64,000 nucleotides of DNA. Source: Octopus bimaculoides. Its lineage: Eukaryota. The notes beneath the pieces are model-generated. The model saw nothing but the letters and a program-made list of their open reading frames with translations. It had not been told where the DNA came from and did not search any database. Of this stretch, positions 38,241-52,735 are shown in pieces. Made by a program: the position numbers and the translations under genes. Numbering within the stretch: the first letter of the stretch is position 1; the number at the start of each line of letters is the position of its first letter. The DNA lies in NCBI RefSeq assembly GCF_001194135.2, contig NC_068986.1, forward strand, positions 87,317,463 through 87,381,462. Reading direction: 5' to 3'.

Positions 38241-39068
38241 AATCCTTGGTTGGAGTGTTTAGCCCGTATGTCAGTCATCGTCAGACTAACCTCTAAGTAA
38301 ATGCATACATTCAATTTTGATTTGTTTTAATTTTGTTAGACTGTTTTTTAATCACTATGTCCTTCGCATTTCAAGACGTACTTTGTAAGTTTGGGACAAT
38401 TCCGTTGCTCTTTCTGTATAAGGTCGAGCAACAAGAGAGAAGGTTGTGATGTTATTGTTCAGCCCCAGGGCCTGCTATGATCGAGCAGCCATACGAAGAA
38501 AAGTGCGACTATCTTCTGCCCTTTTGTATAGCCTAAGAACCCGGAAGCATCATCTAACTATATTATCCAGCGTCTTTTGTTTCATGATGGTGAGAGATGG
38601 AATGAAAGGAGGGCCATTTGCCTGTTATTTCTAGTCGATCAAGCTACTACGTGGTGATACTATCTCATTGCCAATTGTTTTTGCATTCGTAGGTGGTGGT
38701 AGCGATGTTGTTAGACAAAGAGAAAATTAAATTAAGAGGAAAGAGAAAAAGAGAGCTTTGTTGATGATAACAGAGTAAACATCAAATATGACCGCCATGC
38801 TAGTCAGGGATGATGGCGATATGGAGAGATATAATAATACAAAATCTCTTCTTGATGGACGTGCTCCGTCTGGTTTGTTCCATAGCCATCCTCTCATTTC
38901 GTTGTTTGAGGGTTGAAGGTGGGGTTCAAGGTGTAGTGGTGAAGTGGACGATGAGTGAACTGGAGAGTGGGTTGACAGAGGCTGTAATCGGAATCAGAGT
39001 GGTGAACAGAGAAAGAAAAAATAAAATTGTTGAAGTGAATAAAGGTGTATGTTAGTATATGTACTGAG

Positions 39069-39116
<48 letters not shown>

Positions 39117-41119
39117 NNNNNNNNNNNNNNNNNNNNNNNNNNNNNNNNNNNNNNNNNNNNNNNNNNNNNNNNNNNNNNNNNNNNNNNNNNNNNNNNNNNN
39201 NNNNNNNNNNNNNNNNNNNNNNNNNNNNNNNNNNNNNNNNNNNNNNNNNNNNNNNNNNNNNNNNNNNNNNNNNNNNNNNNNNNNNNNNNNNNNNNNNNNN
39301 NNNNNNNNNNNNNNNNNNNNNNNNNNNNNNNNNNNNNNNNNNNNNNNNNNNNNNNNNNNNNNNNNNNNNNNNNNNNNNNNNNNNNNNNNNNNNNNNNNNN
39401 NNNNNNNNNNNNNNNNNNNNNNNNNNNNNNNNNNNNNNNNNNNNNNNNNNNNNNNNNNNNNNNNNNNNNNNNNNNNNNNNNNNNNNNNNNNNNNNNNNNN
39501 NNNNNNNNNNNNNNNNNNNNNNNNNNNNNNNNNNNNATATATATATATATATATATACGTTCAGGCACATATAAATATATAAACTATGTCTGTATTTATG
39601 TATACACACACACAAACATGCAAATATAAATAAAGAGTGAGTGAGTGAGAGAGAGAGAGAGGAGGGGTTGGGGAGAGAGAAAAAAGAGGAAGAGAGAATG
39701 TGCCATAGCTGGCAATGTTTAGAGATATAATATGATTGTCAGAGAAAATTTCGAGTAATTAGTAGAAAAAGATGCTATCGAGGTTGGTGGATGTGGAGGT
39801 GCGATGTAATTTTGGATGTGGAACAGCTTAGTGTGAGGTTCGGCAGGGGTGTTGCGATAAGGAGGGGAAAAACCAGCAGGGTGTACGGGACTGGGAAAAC
39901 AAGGGGTGAGTGGTGATTCACGTCAAACCATGTTAAAATCTCTTGGGAGAGCAGTTTCTCAATGTTTGACAGCCTCTTGACACTCTTAGTCCGATGTCGG
40001 GACTTTTCGATCTTGTGTGTGAGTGTGTATATATTAAATATGTGTAGATGTGTTGTGTATGAATTTATGTGTGTATGTATATGGTATCTGGATTTCCGTG
40101 TGTGTTTGTTTCTGTATGTGTGTCGCTCTATGTTTTGAGCCGTATTTGCTGACTATATGTGTAAAATTTCGCTCCTATGAATGAATGATATGGCGTGTGC
40201 GAGTGTTATATATTGATAAATTAATACATATATGAAACATAAGATATATTTTAATGCGTGTGTATGTGCAAGTACGTGCACGTCTGTCTATGTTTATGAG
40301 TGTAAGCTTATATGACATTGTGATATATGTAGGTGTGGGGCGTTATTTGTTATTCTGATAGGAGAGAGAGAGAGAGAGTCTAGAATGTATAGTAGAGAAG
40401 ACGTAACTCGACGGGTATATTATAGATAGTTCTGAGAAATATCTGGGGTAGGCGACTGGGTGAGTAATGTTAAGGCCCTAGGCCAGCCAGGTTCGAACAA
40501 CCCATACGGTCAAAGGACATTCCAGACACGACCATCTCGTCGCTACTTTCCTATGCGAAGTGAAACTAGGGTCACTTTATGCATGTGAAATGTGCTAAGA
40601 TGTTGTTTGTCTTGTTTGTGATTTGTGTCAGCTACTTTCAGCAGGCTGAATGTCCACGTGGAGGTGCCGCCCACAGTGAGGAGGATATCGGGGTAAATGG
40701 TGTGAAACAAAGAGAAAAAAAAAATTACACGCAGAGAAAGAAAAAAAAAGACAACAAATAATATCAATCGTAAAAAAGCAAAGTAAAGTATACTAATAAT
40801 AATAATAATTATAATAATAATAAGAAGAAGAACAACAACAACAATTAGACAATGATGATGATGATTAAGTAGTGCTTAAAACAAATGTAAGGAGGGGAAG
40901 AGATAAAGGAAGGAGGCTAGGGTCTGAGAAAGATGAAGGAGCGGAGAAGATGATGAGGAGGATGGGTTAGAAGGGAAATTATATTAAAAGACAATGACAA
41001 CGGTCATAGTGCAAGGGGAGAGGTGGTAGGTGAGAGTTGAGAGGTCACATCGGTTTTGACCTGCAATATTGCGATCGAACGAGACAAACTCACACATACA
41101 CACACATTTGTATCTTCAT

Positions 41120-41152
<33 letters not shown>

Positions 41153-41265
41153 CAAATATACACGCAAGCGTGCGTGCGTGATGTAGGTCTTTGCTTCGTA
41201 TTCAAGCAGCTCAAGGTTCGATCCTATTGCGCCGACATCTGAGTATTTCGTCTTTCTATATACTC

Positions 41266-41497
41266 TTTTTACTCTCTTTTACTCTTTTACTTGTTTCAGT
41301 CATTTGACTGTGGCCATGCTGGANNNNNNNNNNTATACACATCCGACGGGCTTCTTTCAGTTTCCGTCTACCAAATCCACTCACAAAGTTTTGGTCGACC
41401 GAGGCTATAGTAGAAGACAATTGGCCAAGGTGCCATGCAGTGGGACTGAACCCGGAACCATGCGGTTCGTAAGCAAGCTACTTACCACACAGGCACT
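41266..41497 (-). mobile_element. SINE family B copy with its middle collapsed into a 10-N gap
   Basis: Tail TTTTACTTGTTTCAGTCATTTGACTGTGGCCATGCTGGA and head GCAGTGGGACTGAACCCGGAACCATG...CTTACCACACAG. Confidence 0.85.
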
Positions 41498-42070
41498 TAT
41501 TTTTTTTTATTATTTTTTTTTTGTTTTCACTACGGCTTCGGGAAGACGAATACCATTTTAGTTGAATTTAGTAGACAAAAACTGTAAAACTCTGTTGAGT
41601 ATATAGATGCTACTCTTTGCGAAAGTTTACGCGTGAATTTGCGTACATTCTCAGGGATACGGACCTGGTGTTTAATTTGGTGTTTTCTTCCTACATGCCC
41701 CGTCATTTAAACATACAATAAAATGGTTAACTACCAAAGTGATATAAATACTAGGCTCGGTAATGACCGTTGATGAGACCCTGTACATTTCGCAGCATAA
41801 TTTATGCAACCAGGCTGGTTGAATACGCAATTTGAAGTCCTTTTAATCTAACATTTTCGTACACACACACACACACACACTAACGGCGGTGTCCCAGATG
41901 GGTTGCAGCCACTGGCTGAAACCAATAGGATATAAAAGGCAATGGCATATGTGTATACATATAATTACACATAAACACGTATATATATATATATACACCC
42001 ACACATGTATGTGTATGTGTGAGAGTGAAATAGTGGGTTGATGTGTATGTGTATATGTATATGTGTGTGA

Positions 42071-42139
<69 letters not shown>

Positions 42140-42963
42140 CGTATATAAATATGTATACATATATAGACGATGCAACTTGTACACTTAGACCATCACAAGG
42201 TTTTTAAAAATTTCCGCAAGTAAAAACTTTCCCAAGAGACACGATATTGTCGATAAAATCCTCTACACTGCAATCCGCAGGAAGGATTGTTCTCTCAGAC
42301 ATACAAAAGACAGAAGAGCTACAATGTATTCAAACTTTTAAAAAAGAGAAAATTATTGGTGGAGCATTCCAATAAAAAACCGTAAAACAGAGCAAATAAA
42401 ATGCTGGGGCCAGTATTTCTGTGTAGGAGAACAGAGTATAAAAGTCATGCAGAGTGGTAGTATATTATCAGATGCCAAATGAATGTGAATACATCATTTA
42501 AAATATGACGAACTCAAAGTTCTTGCATCTCGGGTATGACTTTTCGTAGATGCACTACGTAACAAAAGATCAGCGTAAGAATGTAAAAATGCAAGGATTC
42601 AAGAATGCAGAACAAAGGAAACTGATTAATATCCTCAAAAATCAATCGATTGATTTAAAGTAAAAAAAAAAAAAAAAAGGAAAAAGAAACAGAAAAACCA
42701 AGCGTTTCAAGAGAAGTGCATTTGAATTTCCTGAAATGAACATAAATACATGATCACAAGTGTCTATGCATGTATGTGCATGGGTATATCCACACATACG
42801 CACCTACACATATATTTATACACATTAACTCCTTCACAAATCTTGAAAAGTGTTTCAATGCAAAGAAAAATGTCTAGCATTTTGAATCTGAATTCTGGAG
42901 TAGAAAAAAAAAAAAACAAAAGCAAGTGTAAAAGAAACATACACACACAAACACGCACGCATA

Positions 42964-43044
<81 letters not shown>

Positions 43045-43079
43045 CTTATCCGCGGTGGTGGATCTCGTTCTCTGCAATC

Positions 43080-43256
43080 CAATAAAATACCAATTTCGGC
43101 AGACAAAGTCGATCCAGTAATCAAATGGTATTTATTTCTGCGATCCCGAAATGCAAAGTTGACATCGGCGGAATTTGAACACTGTGTAAAGACGGACTAA
43201 ATGTCGCTAAGGAGTTCGCCCGGTATCCTAACAATTCTATCTGCTCACCGCCTTAA
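43080..43256 (-). mobile_element. SINE family A copy
   Basis: AAAGTTGACATCGGCGGAATTTGAAC...GCTCACCGCCTTA. Confidence 0.7.
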
Positions 43257-43429
43257 CTTTTAAACCAGTAATATTACGTAAAAAAGTTACGCATATCTGA
43301 CGATCTGGCATTGCTTTGATTAGGTAATTTGCATTATGTAAGGAACAATTCCCTCATGCTAATGAAAAGTACGTAAGATGGCTTAAGTAAACACTTGTTT
43401 AGGATGCCATGCAGTGGGACTGAAAAAAT

Positions 43430-43590
43430 TCACACAAGGTCAGCAAGTTTGGAGGTTGGGACAATCTGTTCATCGAGACCGTTACTCAGCTGGTACTTAT
43501 GTTATCGACGCCTAAAAGATGAAAGGCAGAATTTGAACTCAGAATGTGAAGACGTATAGCGGGCTCAAATGCTAAATATTTTTTACAAAT
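43430..43590 (-). mobile_element. SINE family A fragment
   Basis: CTGGTACTTATGTTATCGAC...GATGAAAGGCAGAATTTGAACTCAG. Confidence 0.6.
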
Positions 43591-43664
43591 CTCATAGAGA
43601 GGTCAATGCGTGATTTACAGTATATGACTTTAATGACACTGAAGTCCTTTCTTTCTGCTCCTAA

Positions 43665-43728
<64 letters not shown>

Positions 43729-43983
43729 GTACGTGCATGTCTGTGCGCGCGCGCAAGTGCACTTATTTTAGTAGATTGAAGAAAACGCAAGAAACAGACA
43801 ATATGCAGATAAAATATTATTACGTAATATACTTGGTTGATGTCGATGATGTTGTTACACAGATAATTCGACAATTCTGGTTTCATAAGGCGAGCATTGT
43901 TTATAGATAAAACACCGGTTCTTGTAGGAAACGAAAACAAGTGGAAACTCTGAGTAGCTACGAATAAATATTACGCTGCTGAG

Positions 43984-44023
<40 letters not shown>

Positions 44024-44213
44024 TGCATACATATTTATATATCAACTTTCGTTTTTATGTTCAAATAAAATAAGAAAACAATTTTACATTAATCTCATGG
44101 GTTACTCTATACTTTCGTAGAGTACAAATTTATTTTTCTTAAATAATTATTTTGTTGACAGTGACTTCAAAGTTTCAGCCAGCTAAGCTAAAGCCGGGAA
44201 GATAAATGGACAA

Positions 44214-44305
<92 letters not shown>

Positions 44306-44833
44306 GTCTATTTCTCTTCCACGTTAACTGCTTTGGCCAGCCTTACCTACCCATCTTCGGCATTTTCTTTATTCAAAATGACAACGAGAGAGCCCAGTAG
44401 TAGTAAGGGGCTGATAGAAGCGGAAATCTGGGAAAATATTAATTTGCTCCAAGATTGGCTGGGAGTAAAATGACACCAGAGCTGCCATTGCTGCTATTAT
44501 CACTACTGTTACCACCACCACCACTACCTCTATCACCACTACCACCAATAACAACAATAACAGCCGTCTAGCAGCAGCAACAACAACAACAATAACAACA
44601 GCACCAACAGCAAACAAGGGGCGATAATGAAGTTTGACATAAACAAATTAGAAGAGACAGCAGTATAATAAATACTGTAAAATTGATGGACACCGGTCAA
44701 TTGGTGTGAGTATTGTTGTAATTAGGGGTCAGCGTGTGTGAGGTCCTTGAACAAAATAAAATAAAATAAAGGTATTGGCAAGGGGTCAGTTGGCTGCCAG
44801 AGGAACACAGAAAGTGGTAGACAGTACGTGCTT

Positions 44834-44881
<48 letters not shown>

Positions 44882-45129
44882 AGTGCGTGTGTTTATGCGT
44901 GTATGTGTTTGTTTATAATTGCCGTGTGTCTGATGTGTGCGGTATCATTGGCATGATTAATATTTTCTCATTGTAGGGGACACAGAGTGAAGGAAGGGAA
45001 AATGTGATCGGTGGTACAGGGAAGGGTTCCGCACTGATCAACTATAATAGAAATAATAACAATAATGATAAATAACAACGATAAACATCACCAACACCAC
45101 CACCGCCACAACGACAGCAACAATAACAA

Positions 45130-45305
45130 AAATGGGTTCAGATGTTGGCACTATGCCAGCAATTTATGGGGAAGTGGTAAGTCGATTAAATCAACCCCAA
45201 GTTTCAGCTGGTACTTATTTTTCAACACAGAAGGGATGGAAGGTAAAGTTGACTTTGCTGAGATTTGGACACAGAAGGACGGAATACCACAAAGCGTGCT
45301 AACGC
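45130..45305 (-). mobile_element. SINE family A copy (degraded)
   Basis: AGTCGATTAAATCAACCCC...CTGGTACTTATT...AAAGTTGAC. Confidence 0.65.
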
Positions 45306-45351
45306 TTGATGATGATGATGATGATAATAATAATAATAATAATAATAATAA

Positions 45352-45600
45352 TATTAGTTTCAAATTTTGCCACAAGAGCATCCATTTTGGAAGAGGGGAT
45401 GTGTCGATTACATCGACCCCAGTGTTCATCAGGTACTTATTTAATCGACCCCAGTGTTCAGCCGGTACTTATTTAATCGATCCCGAATGGATGAAAGGCA
45501 AAGTTGATCTCGGCGGAATTTGAACTCAGAACGTAACGGCAGACGAAATACCGCTAAGCATGTCGCCCAGCGAGCTAACGATTCTGCTAGCTTGCCGCTC
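45352..45600 (-). mobile_element. SINE family A copy with internal 32-bp tandem duplication
   Basis: Near-consensus copy; duplicated units at 45412-45443 and 45444-45475. Confidence 0.85.
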
Positions 45601-46855
45601 TCTAATATCTATGTATTAACATATCTATTAAGCACACGCATAATTTGCATTATTACTGAAGTCACCAAAAAAGAGGTATATGCTAAAAACAGCAGCGAAA
45701 TCTCATTCGAGTAACATCATATAGACTTATAAAGTAATAGGATGAAATTAGATAAAGAAGCACTAGATAGCTCCCCCACCCCCGCAAAAAAATGAAAAAA
45801 AAAACAAAACAAAACAGGATGGCCACGGTTGGAATAACTTTGACTATGTCTATGTTTGATCAAGATTGTTTGGGGGATGAAAGAAATCAATAACAATATA
45901 TATAACTTCAATGAAACTGCATCAAAGTGGAAGAAATATATAGAAAATGGCAGACTGTAGTTTTATAACGATGTGAGAAAAGGAAAGAATTAATGAAAAT
46001 ATGAAAAATAAACAATTCCCTAACGAACTCGAAGACACACCTCCCCACACATAAGTATTCACACACATTCCAAAACACACTCACACACAAAAGGCATCGC
46101 CTTTAAATCTATCAATTAAAGACATTTCATTCTGTCACCCTCTTCACGAAGCCTCTTCTCAAAACTAAGTGACTCGTTATTTTTTATAAGGACCCGAGTG
46201 GAATTAACAATCTTCCTAATAGAAGAAGGAACCATTGAAAATTCTCAGCATTTTTATAGTTTTATTTCTTTTGCAGCTAAACTCAAGGGTCTTGTTTGCC
46301 TATTTATTTGTTTATAGACTTATTCTCCTTTTTGCTCCTATTTTTCTCAGTTATTGTTTAAATTTATATATCATGTCTGTCTATTTCTCTCTCTCTCTCT
46401 GCATTTCCGTGCCTTCGTTGTTTATCTCAGTTGTTTCACACACACACATTAACATATATAATTACGCGCATGCTCACACACAACCAAGCACTCACATATA
46501 AATTACATTGCTCTTGCCCACTCTCTGGTATATACACACACACACACACACATATATATATAAGANNNNNNNNNNNNNNNNNNNNNNNNNNNNNNNNNNN
46601 NNNNNNNNNNNNNNNNNNNNNNNNNNNNNNNNNNNNNNNNNNNNNNNNNNNNNNNNNNNNNNNNNNNNNNNNNNNNNNNNNNNNNNNNNNNNNNNNNNNN
46701 NNNNNNNNNNNNNNNNNNNNNNNNNNNNNNNNNNNNNNNNNNNNNNNNNNNNNNNNNNNNNNNNNNNNNNNNNNNNNNNNNNNNNNNNNNNNNNNNNNNN
46801 NNNNNNNNNNNNNNNNNNNNNNNNNNNNNNNNNNNNNNNNNNNNNNNNNNNNNNN

Positions 46856-46890
<35 letters not shown>

Positions 46891-47633
46891 ATATGGCTAT
46901 GGTACATAGCCTATGTTATTGTACACGTATGCCTTGTTGTTAATTATAAACAAATAACCCACGCTACAATTGTGGTTTTCGACCGAGCAGAGTTGAACTT
47001 ACGTAGTTTCTAGTCCTCATATGGCTTTATCAGGGAACGGATGCATATCACCACTATGAGAATTTATTAACTTATACCTATTTATAGTGTATACTCGAAC
47101 ATCACTCAATTGGCCTGCTTAATTTGCATAACAGTGCAATGATTGACAAATTAGAATAATTAAACAAACTGCTGTAGCCCTGTACGAGTTTATAGAGAAT
47201 ATATATATTAAAAACTTAATGCGCGTGTTTACATCCATCCATCCATCTATTCTTACAACCATCCATACACATTGGTAGTGTTTCCCGCACGAAAGCGAAA
47301 TATGCTGTGCTTAGCTAAGATATATCACGTGATCACGTGACTGACCAGACTATCAGAAGTTGTCAACTGCTGGTCACTGTGCTCTAAGATATATAATTTA
47401 GTGTAAATAATAAAACAAATTTTAATAAATTCTTAATTTTTGACATTGTATGTTCTAGTTTAAGTACCAGGAGTCACCCCTTACGCGCATAAACACACAC
47501 ATACGACCAGACAAACATATGTATATATGTGTGTTTGTGTGCATCTATATATATATATATATATATATATATNNNNNNNNNNTAAATATACATAGACTAT
47601 TCTCTCTCTCTCTCTCTCTCTCTCTCAAACACA

Positions 47634-47690
47634 CATATACGACCACACATACATATACGACCACACATACATATACGACCACACATACAT
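47634..47690. repeat. 18-bp minisatellite (CATATACGACCACACATA) x3
   Basis: Direct reading. Confidence 0.8.
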
Positions 47691-48104
47691 AAATACAGAG
47701 ATATGCATGAATATATATTATGTATATAAACATACACTATACGTTGGTCTGCAAATATGTTTAATTTCTGAGATGACGCCCAGGCCTAGAGTATGTATGT
47801 TTTAGTTTTGTTTACTTAAACCAGGGCTTACAAGCCTCAAAACACATCTGTCCATCAGGAGCTACACACCCTCACCCCCCCCCTTTTACAATTCATTTAT
47901 TTTTCCTATTAACTTTAACCCTTGAAATACCTCCCCACCTCTCGTATTTTATTTTCTGTTTCTGTAAAACTTCTCCATATGTGTATGTTAATATTTCTCG
48001 CATATATATATATATATAGTTACTTACATGGACATACATCTGCACACACACTTATGTCTGTTTCTAAGTAAATGCACACACACACACACACACGCACAAT
48101 TCAT

Positions 48105-48483
48105 GGCGCAGGTGTGTCTCTGTGGTAAAAAGCTTGCTTCCCAAGTGATCTTAGGTTTAGTACCACAGTGTGGCCGGTAAAAATGCCTTCCACTATAGCC
48201 CCACGACAGATTGAAGTATTGTGAGTGGATTTTATAGACTCAAACACACACATAGATACATGCATTTGTATGTATATATGTATGTAATGTATGTTAGTGT
48301 CTGCGTTTGGCCCCCTACAATCGCTTGACAACCGATGTTGATGTTTTAATATCCCCGTAACTTAGCGGATCGGCAAAAGAACAGGACCGACTATGTACTA
48401 GGTTTACAAAGGATAAGTGCTGGGGGTCGATTTCTCTGACTTAAAGCGGTGTCCCCATCATGGCCGCAGTCTAATGACTGAAA

Positions 48484-48487
<4 letters not shown>
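48105..48487 (+). mobile_element. SINE family B copy
   Basis: GGCGCAGG...GTGGTAAAAAGCTTGCTTCCCAA...CCCCGTAACTTAGCGGATCGGCAAAAG...GGCCGCAGTCTAATGACTGAAACAAG. Confidence 0.8.
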
Positions 48488-48576
<89 letters not shown>

Positions 48577-49205
48577 AGCACAGAGAGAGCGAGAGAAGTC
48601 GATAAAAATTTGGAGTGGATGCTTCGACTATTCTTTCCTTTGTAAGAAGATAGAATAAAATTTTGGAACAGCTAAGAATTTATAACGATTTAGAGAGCAG
48701 TGTATGTATGTGTGGTGTGTCCAATTTCTCAGTCGAGCGTAAAATCATAAATATTTAAACAAAACTGTAGATAGATAGATATAATATGAACGAGATGGAA
48801 TATATAAAAAAGAATAGACTCAAATAGTTCACTGACATCAGCTAAAATATATGAATTAAACTGCGTATTCGATTAAATCTGTTTTAACATATCATTGCTA
48901 TTGATTTTATCGATTTCGCTGAGATGGTAAAAAAGGTAAAATTCTTCACCGGCAAAACTTTGAAAGTCTTACGTTGAGGGGCGTAAATAATATTGGTAAA
49001 TATCTCTTTAAGTCTGCTGCTTCATCTCGTCTATGCACAATCCATAAAATATGGAAGCAATTTGTAATCTACACGTATATGTATCCATGCACACGAGCAC
49101 AAAAGGTGGCACACACACACAAACATCATGTATGTATATCTACATACGTATATAGATCGACAAACAAGCATACAGAAAAGCAAACAGACAGACAGACAGA
49201 CAGAC

Positions 49206-49244
<39 letters not shown>

Positions 49245-49254
49245 AACATTTATC

Positions 49255-49990
49255 CTATCGACCCCGATGGTATGAGAGATGAAGTTGAATCCAGAACATA
49301 AAGACTAAATAAATACTGCACAGTATCATTTTTCGTTGCTCCAACGATTCTACCACATCACCACCCGAAAAAATAATGGTAATAAAAATAACAAAAACGA
49401 TGACGATTTCTGGTTTATGGAGAGAATGTGTAGTCGAATACCCTCAAATTCCGTTAACAATTATTTCATTTTATCGACCCTGGAGAGATGGAAGGCGTAT
49501 CTGAACTTGGCGAGGACTGAACCTAGGATCAAAATGACTGGAATAAAAATTGGAAGTTACTGGGATTCAGGCACAAGACCAGGAATTTTGAGGGTAGCGG
49601 TTCAGTTGCGCAGTTTAATATATTTAGCTGTACTAAATGTAAAAGATATTTTCTCACATTTTAAATAGCTATAGGTGAGAGAGAGGATCACCACAAGTAA
49701 CTGCTTGGCATTTATATACGAAAGCGTGTAAGAGCTTCCTTAGAAAATTCGTTGCAAAAAAAAAAAGATTTTACAAACACAGACACGACAGCAAATATTT
49801 TAAGCAGAAGCAACCCGAGTCATTTAATGGACCTCAGTATTTGAGCGATATTTAGTTTATCGGACTAGGAAGGAAGGAAGGAAGGAAGGAAGGAAGGAAG
49901 GACAAAGATGACCCCGGCAACGTTTTCAAAGTCAGAAACGTGAAAGCAACGAAACTAAATACATCAAGTCATTTTAACCATCCCTCTACC
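49255..49990 (-). mobile_element. Cluster of three degraded SINE family A fragments
   Basis: TTTATCCTATCGACCCCGATGG (49255), TTTTATCGACCCTGGAGAGATGGAAGG (49470), GTTTATCGGAC...GACCCCGGC (49855). Confidence 0.5.
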
Positions 49991-50099
49991 AGTCCCGCTC
50001 ATCACCATCGTTTGACGTCCGCCTTTCATGCGGACGTTAAACGATGATTATATATATATATATATATATATATNNNNNNNNNNNNATATAAATATATAT

Positions 50100-50171
<72 letters not shown>

Positions 50172-51224
50172 GAATTCCAATAACAATAGCCTGATTAAAA
50201 GAAAAGAAGACAGTAAGTCAAAAAGGAAAATAATGGTATCGTTATAGGTTAGCCAGCCTCCATATGGAATTCGTTTGTATTGGTGTTTCTTGAGATGAAG
50301 ACACACAGCTGTTGCAATATGTTTATGGCTCTGGCGGAGAAAGAAACTAACAGTCACGAGAGGAGGGGATGTAATTCTGGGATATTTCTTCTGAAATTCC
50401 AGATGCGGGCAATTTTTACAGAAGAATAAAAGAGAAGAAAAGTAGTGGAATAAAGAAAAACAAAACCAATTGTAGAATTAGATATCCCAGTATATATGTG
50501 TGCGTATTTACGCGCGTGTGTCTATGAGGATATATATATATATATANNNNNNNNNNNNNNNNNNNNNNNNNNNNNNNNNNNNNNNNNNNNNNNNNNNNNN
50601 NNNNNNNNNNNNNNNNNNNNNNNNNNNNNNNNNNNNNNNNNNNNNNNNNNNNNNNNNNNNNNNNNNNNNNNNNNNNNNNNNNNNNNNNNNNNNNNNNNNN
50701 NNNNNNNNNNNNNNNNNNNNNNNNNNNNNNNNNNNNNNNNNNNNNNNNNNNNNNNNNNNNNNNNNNNNNNNNNNNNNNNNNNNNNNNNNNNNNNNNNNNN
50801 NNNNNNNNNNNNNNNNNNNNNNNNNNNNNNNNNNNNNNNNNNNNNNNNNNNNNNNNNNNNNNNNNNNNNNNNNNNNNNNNNNNNNNNNNNNNNNNNNNNN
50901 NNNNNNNNNNNNNNNNNNNNNNNNNNNNNNNNNNNNNNNNNNNNNNNNNNNNNNNNNNNNNNNNNNNNNNNNNNNNNNNNNNNNNNNNNNNNNNNNNNNN
51001 NNNNNNNNNNNNNNNNNNNNNNNNNNNNNNNNNNNNNNNNNNNNNNNNNNNNNNNNNNNNNNNNNNNNNNNNNNNNNNNNNNNNNNNNNNNNNNNNNNNN
51101 NNNNNNNNNNNNNNNNNNNNNNNNNNNNNNNNNNNNNNNNNNNNATATGTGTGTGTCTATGTTTGTATGAATATATATATATATATATTTGTGTGTGTCT
51201 ATGTTTGTATGAATATATATATAC

Positions 51225-51430
51225 TTCAAAATCGTTTGTACGACGGGCAAAATGTTTAGCGGCAGTTCGTCTCACTTTACGTTCAGAGATCAAATTCAAC
51301 CGAGAACGACCTTGCCATTCGTCACTTCGGTGTCGATAAAATAAATACCTGTAGGGTACTAGGGTCGAAGTGATCGATTTACCAATCCTACCCACCCGAA
51401 ATTGTTGGCCTCCTGCCAAAATTTGAGACT
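51225..51430 (+). mobile_element. SINE family A copy
   Basis: GGGCAAAATGTTTAGCGGCAGTTCGTC...GTCGATAAAATAAATACC...GGGTCGAAGTGATCGA. Confidence 0.7.
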
Positions 51431-51441
51431 ACATATAGATA

Positions 51442-51476
<35 letters not shown>

Positions 51477-52032
51477 CAGTTTGTGTGTATACATGTATCT
51501 CTATTCATAAGTATGCGCGTGTAAACAAAGAATGAGTAAAAGAATGATGATATTGTTGTGGAGGAAATCTTTGAAAACAAGAGGGAACCAAAATAACAGC
51601 AGCAACAACAATAATTTATGAATAATCACCACAACCACTACCAACAAAAACAACAGGAATTTTTAGAAGAAAATAAATGACAATTATGTGAGCAATGAGA
51701 CCACACACAGTAACAAGACAAGAAAGACTCCCTCAAAGGACCGGTGGTTATATCATCCGTACCAGTTTACGTTACATATCCTCCATATTTATAGAATAGT
51801 TTTTTTTGGATTATGCTTCGTACGTTAATACTATCAGAGATACACAACTTCGATATTATCATGTATTGTTTTGAATTCTATATCATTGTTTCCTTCTTGA
51901 CAGTAATACGGTCTCTTAAGACAATCGCTTCCTTTCCAACTTGGAGATTCATTAAATTTCATTGTTACCTTATCAATATCGTTCATTCCTTGCCTCCATG
52001 TGCATAACCAACAATCTCTGTGACGCATATAT

Positions 52033-52225
52033 TCTTCTACTTGTTTCAGGTATTTGACTGCGGCCATGCTAGAGCACCGCCTTTAGTCGAGAAAATCGAC
52101 CCCTTTGGAAGCCTAGTACTTATTCTGTCGATCTATTTTGCCGAACCGCTAATGTTACGGGGACGTAAACGCACCAGCATCGGTTGCCAAGCGATGTTGG
52201 GGAGACTAACACAGGCACATAAACA
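52033..52225 (-). mobile_element. SINE family B 3' half
   Basis: TTGACTGCGGCCATGCTAGAGCACCGCCTTTAGTCGAG...GCCGAACCGCTAATGTTACGGGGACGTAAAC. Confidence 0.85.
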
Positions 52226-52397
52226 TATACATACATACACGTGTGTGTGTGTGTATGCTTAATATAAAAAGAGAGAGGGAGAGAGTAAGTGAGTGATATA
52301 TATGTAGCTAGTGAACTCACAGATAACCATGCAAACATGGTAGTAGCAGCAGCAGCAGTAGTAGTGGTAGTAGTAGTAGTAGTAGTAGTAGTAGTAA

Positions 52398-52735
52398 TGA
52401 TGGCTTCAAATGTTGGCGCAAGGTCATAATTCCAATAACAATAAAAGAAGAAGAAGAAGAAGAAGAAGAAGAAGAAGAAGAAGAAGAAGAAGAAGAAGAA
52501 GAAGAAGAAGAAGAAGAAGAAGAAGAAGAAGAAAAAGAAAAAGAAGAAGAAGAAGAAGAAGAAGAAGAAGAAGAAGAAGAAGAAGAAGAAGAAGAAGAAG
52601 AAGAAGAAGATGATGATTTAATATAATACTGCTCCCGAAAATTGAAAGCAAAGTTAACCTCGGTGGGATTTGAACTCAGAATGTAAAGTGCTAGAAGAAA
52701 TGGCACTAAACATTTTGACCGACGCACAAGGTCGG
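52398..52735 (-). mobile_element. SINE family A copy interrupted by an (AAG)n expansion
   Basis: Tail GGCTTCAAATGTTGGCGCAAGG at 52402 and head-side AAAGTTAACCTCGGTGGGATTTGAACTCAGAA at 52650, separated by ~165 bp of (AAG)n. Confidence 0.6.
52444..52610. repeat. (AAG)n microsatellite, ~165 bp
   Basis: Direct reading. Confidence 0.95.

Noticed and set aside
38850-40020. Further possible PLE-like remnants (QPTLQFTH; PLLIA..PNL..SKI) on the minus strand
   Set aside because: Too degenerate to call without alignment.
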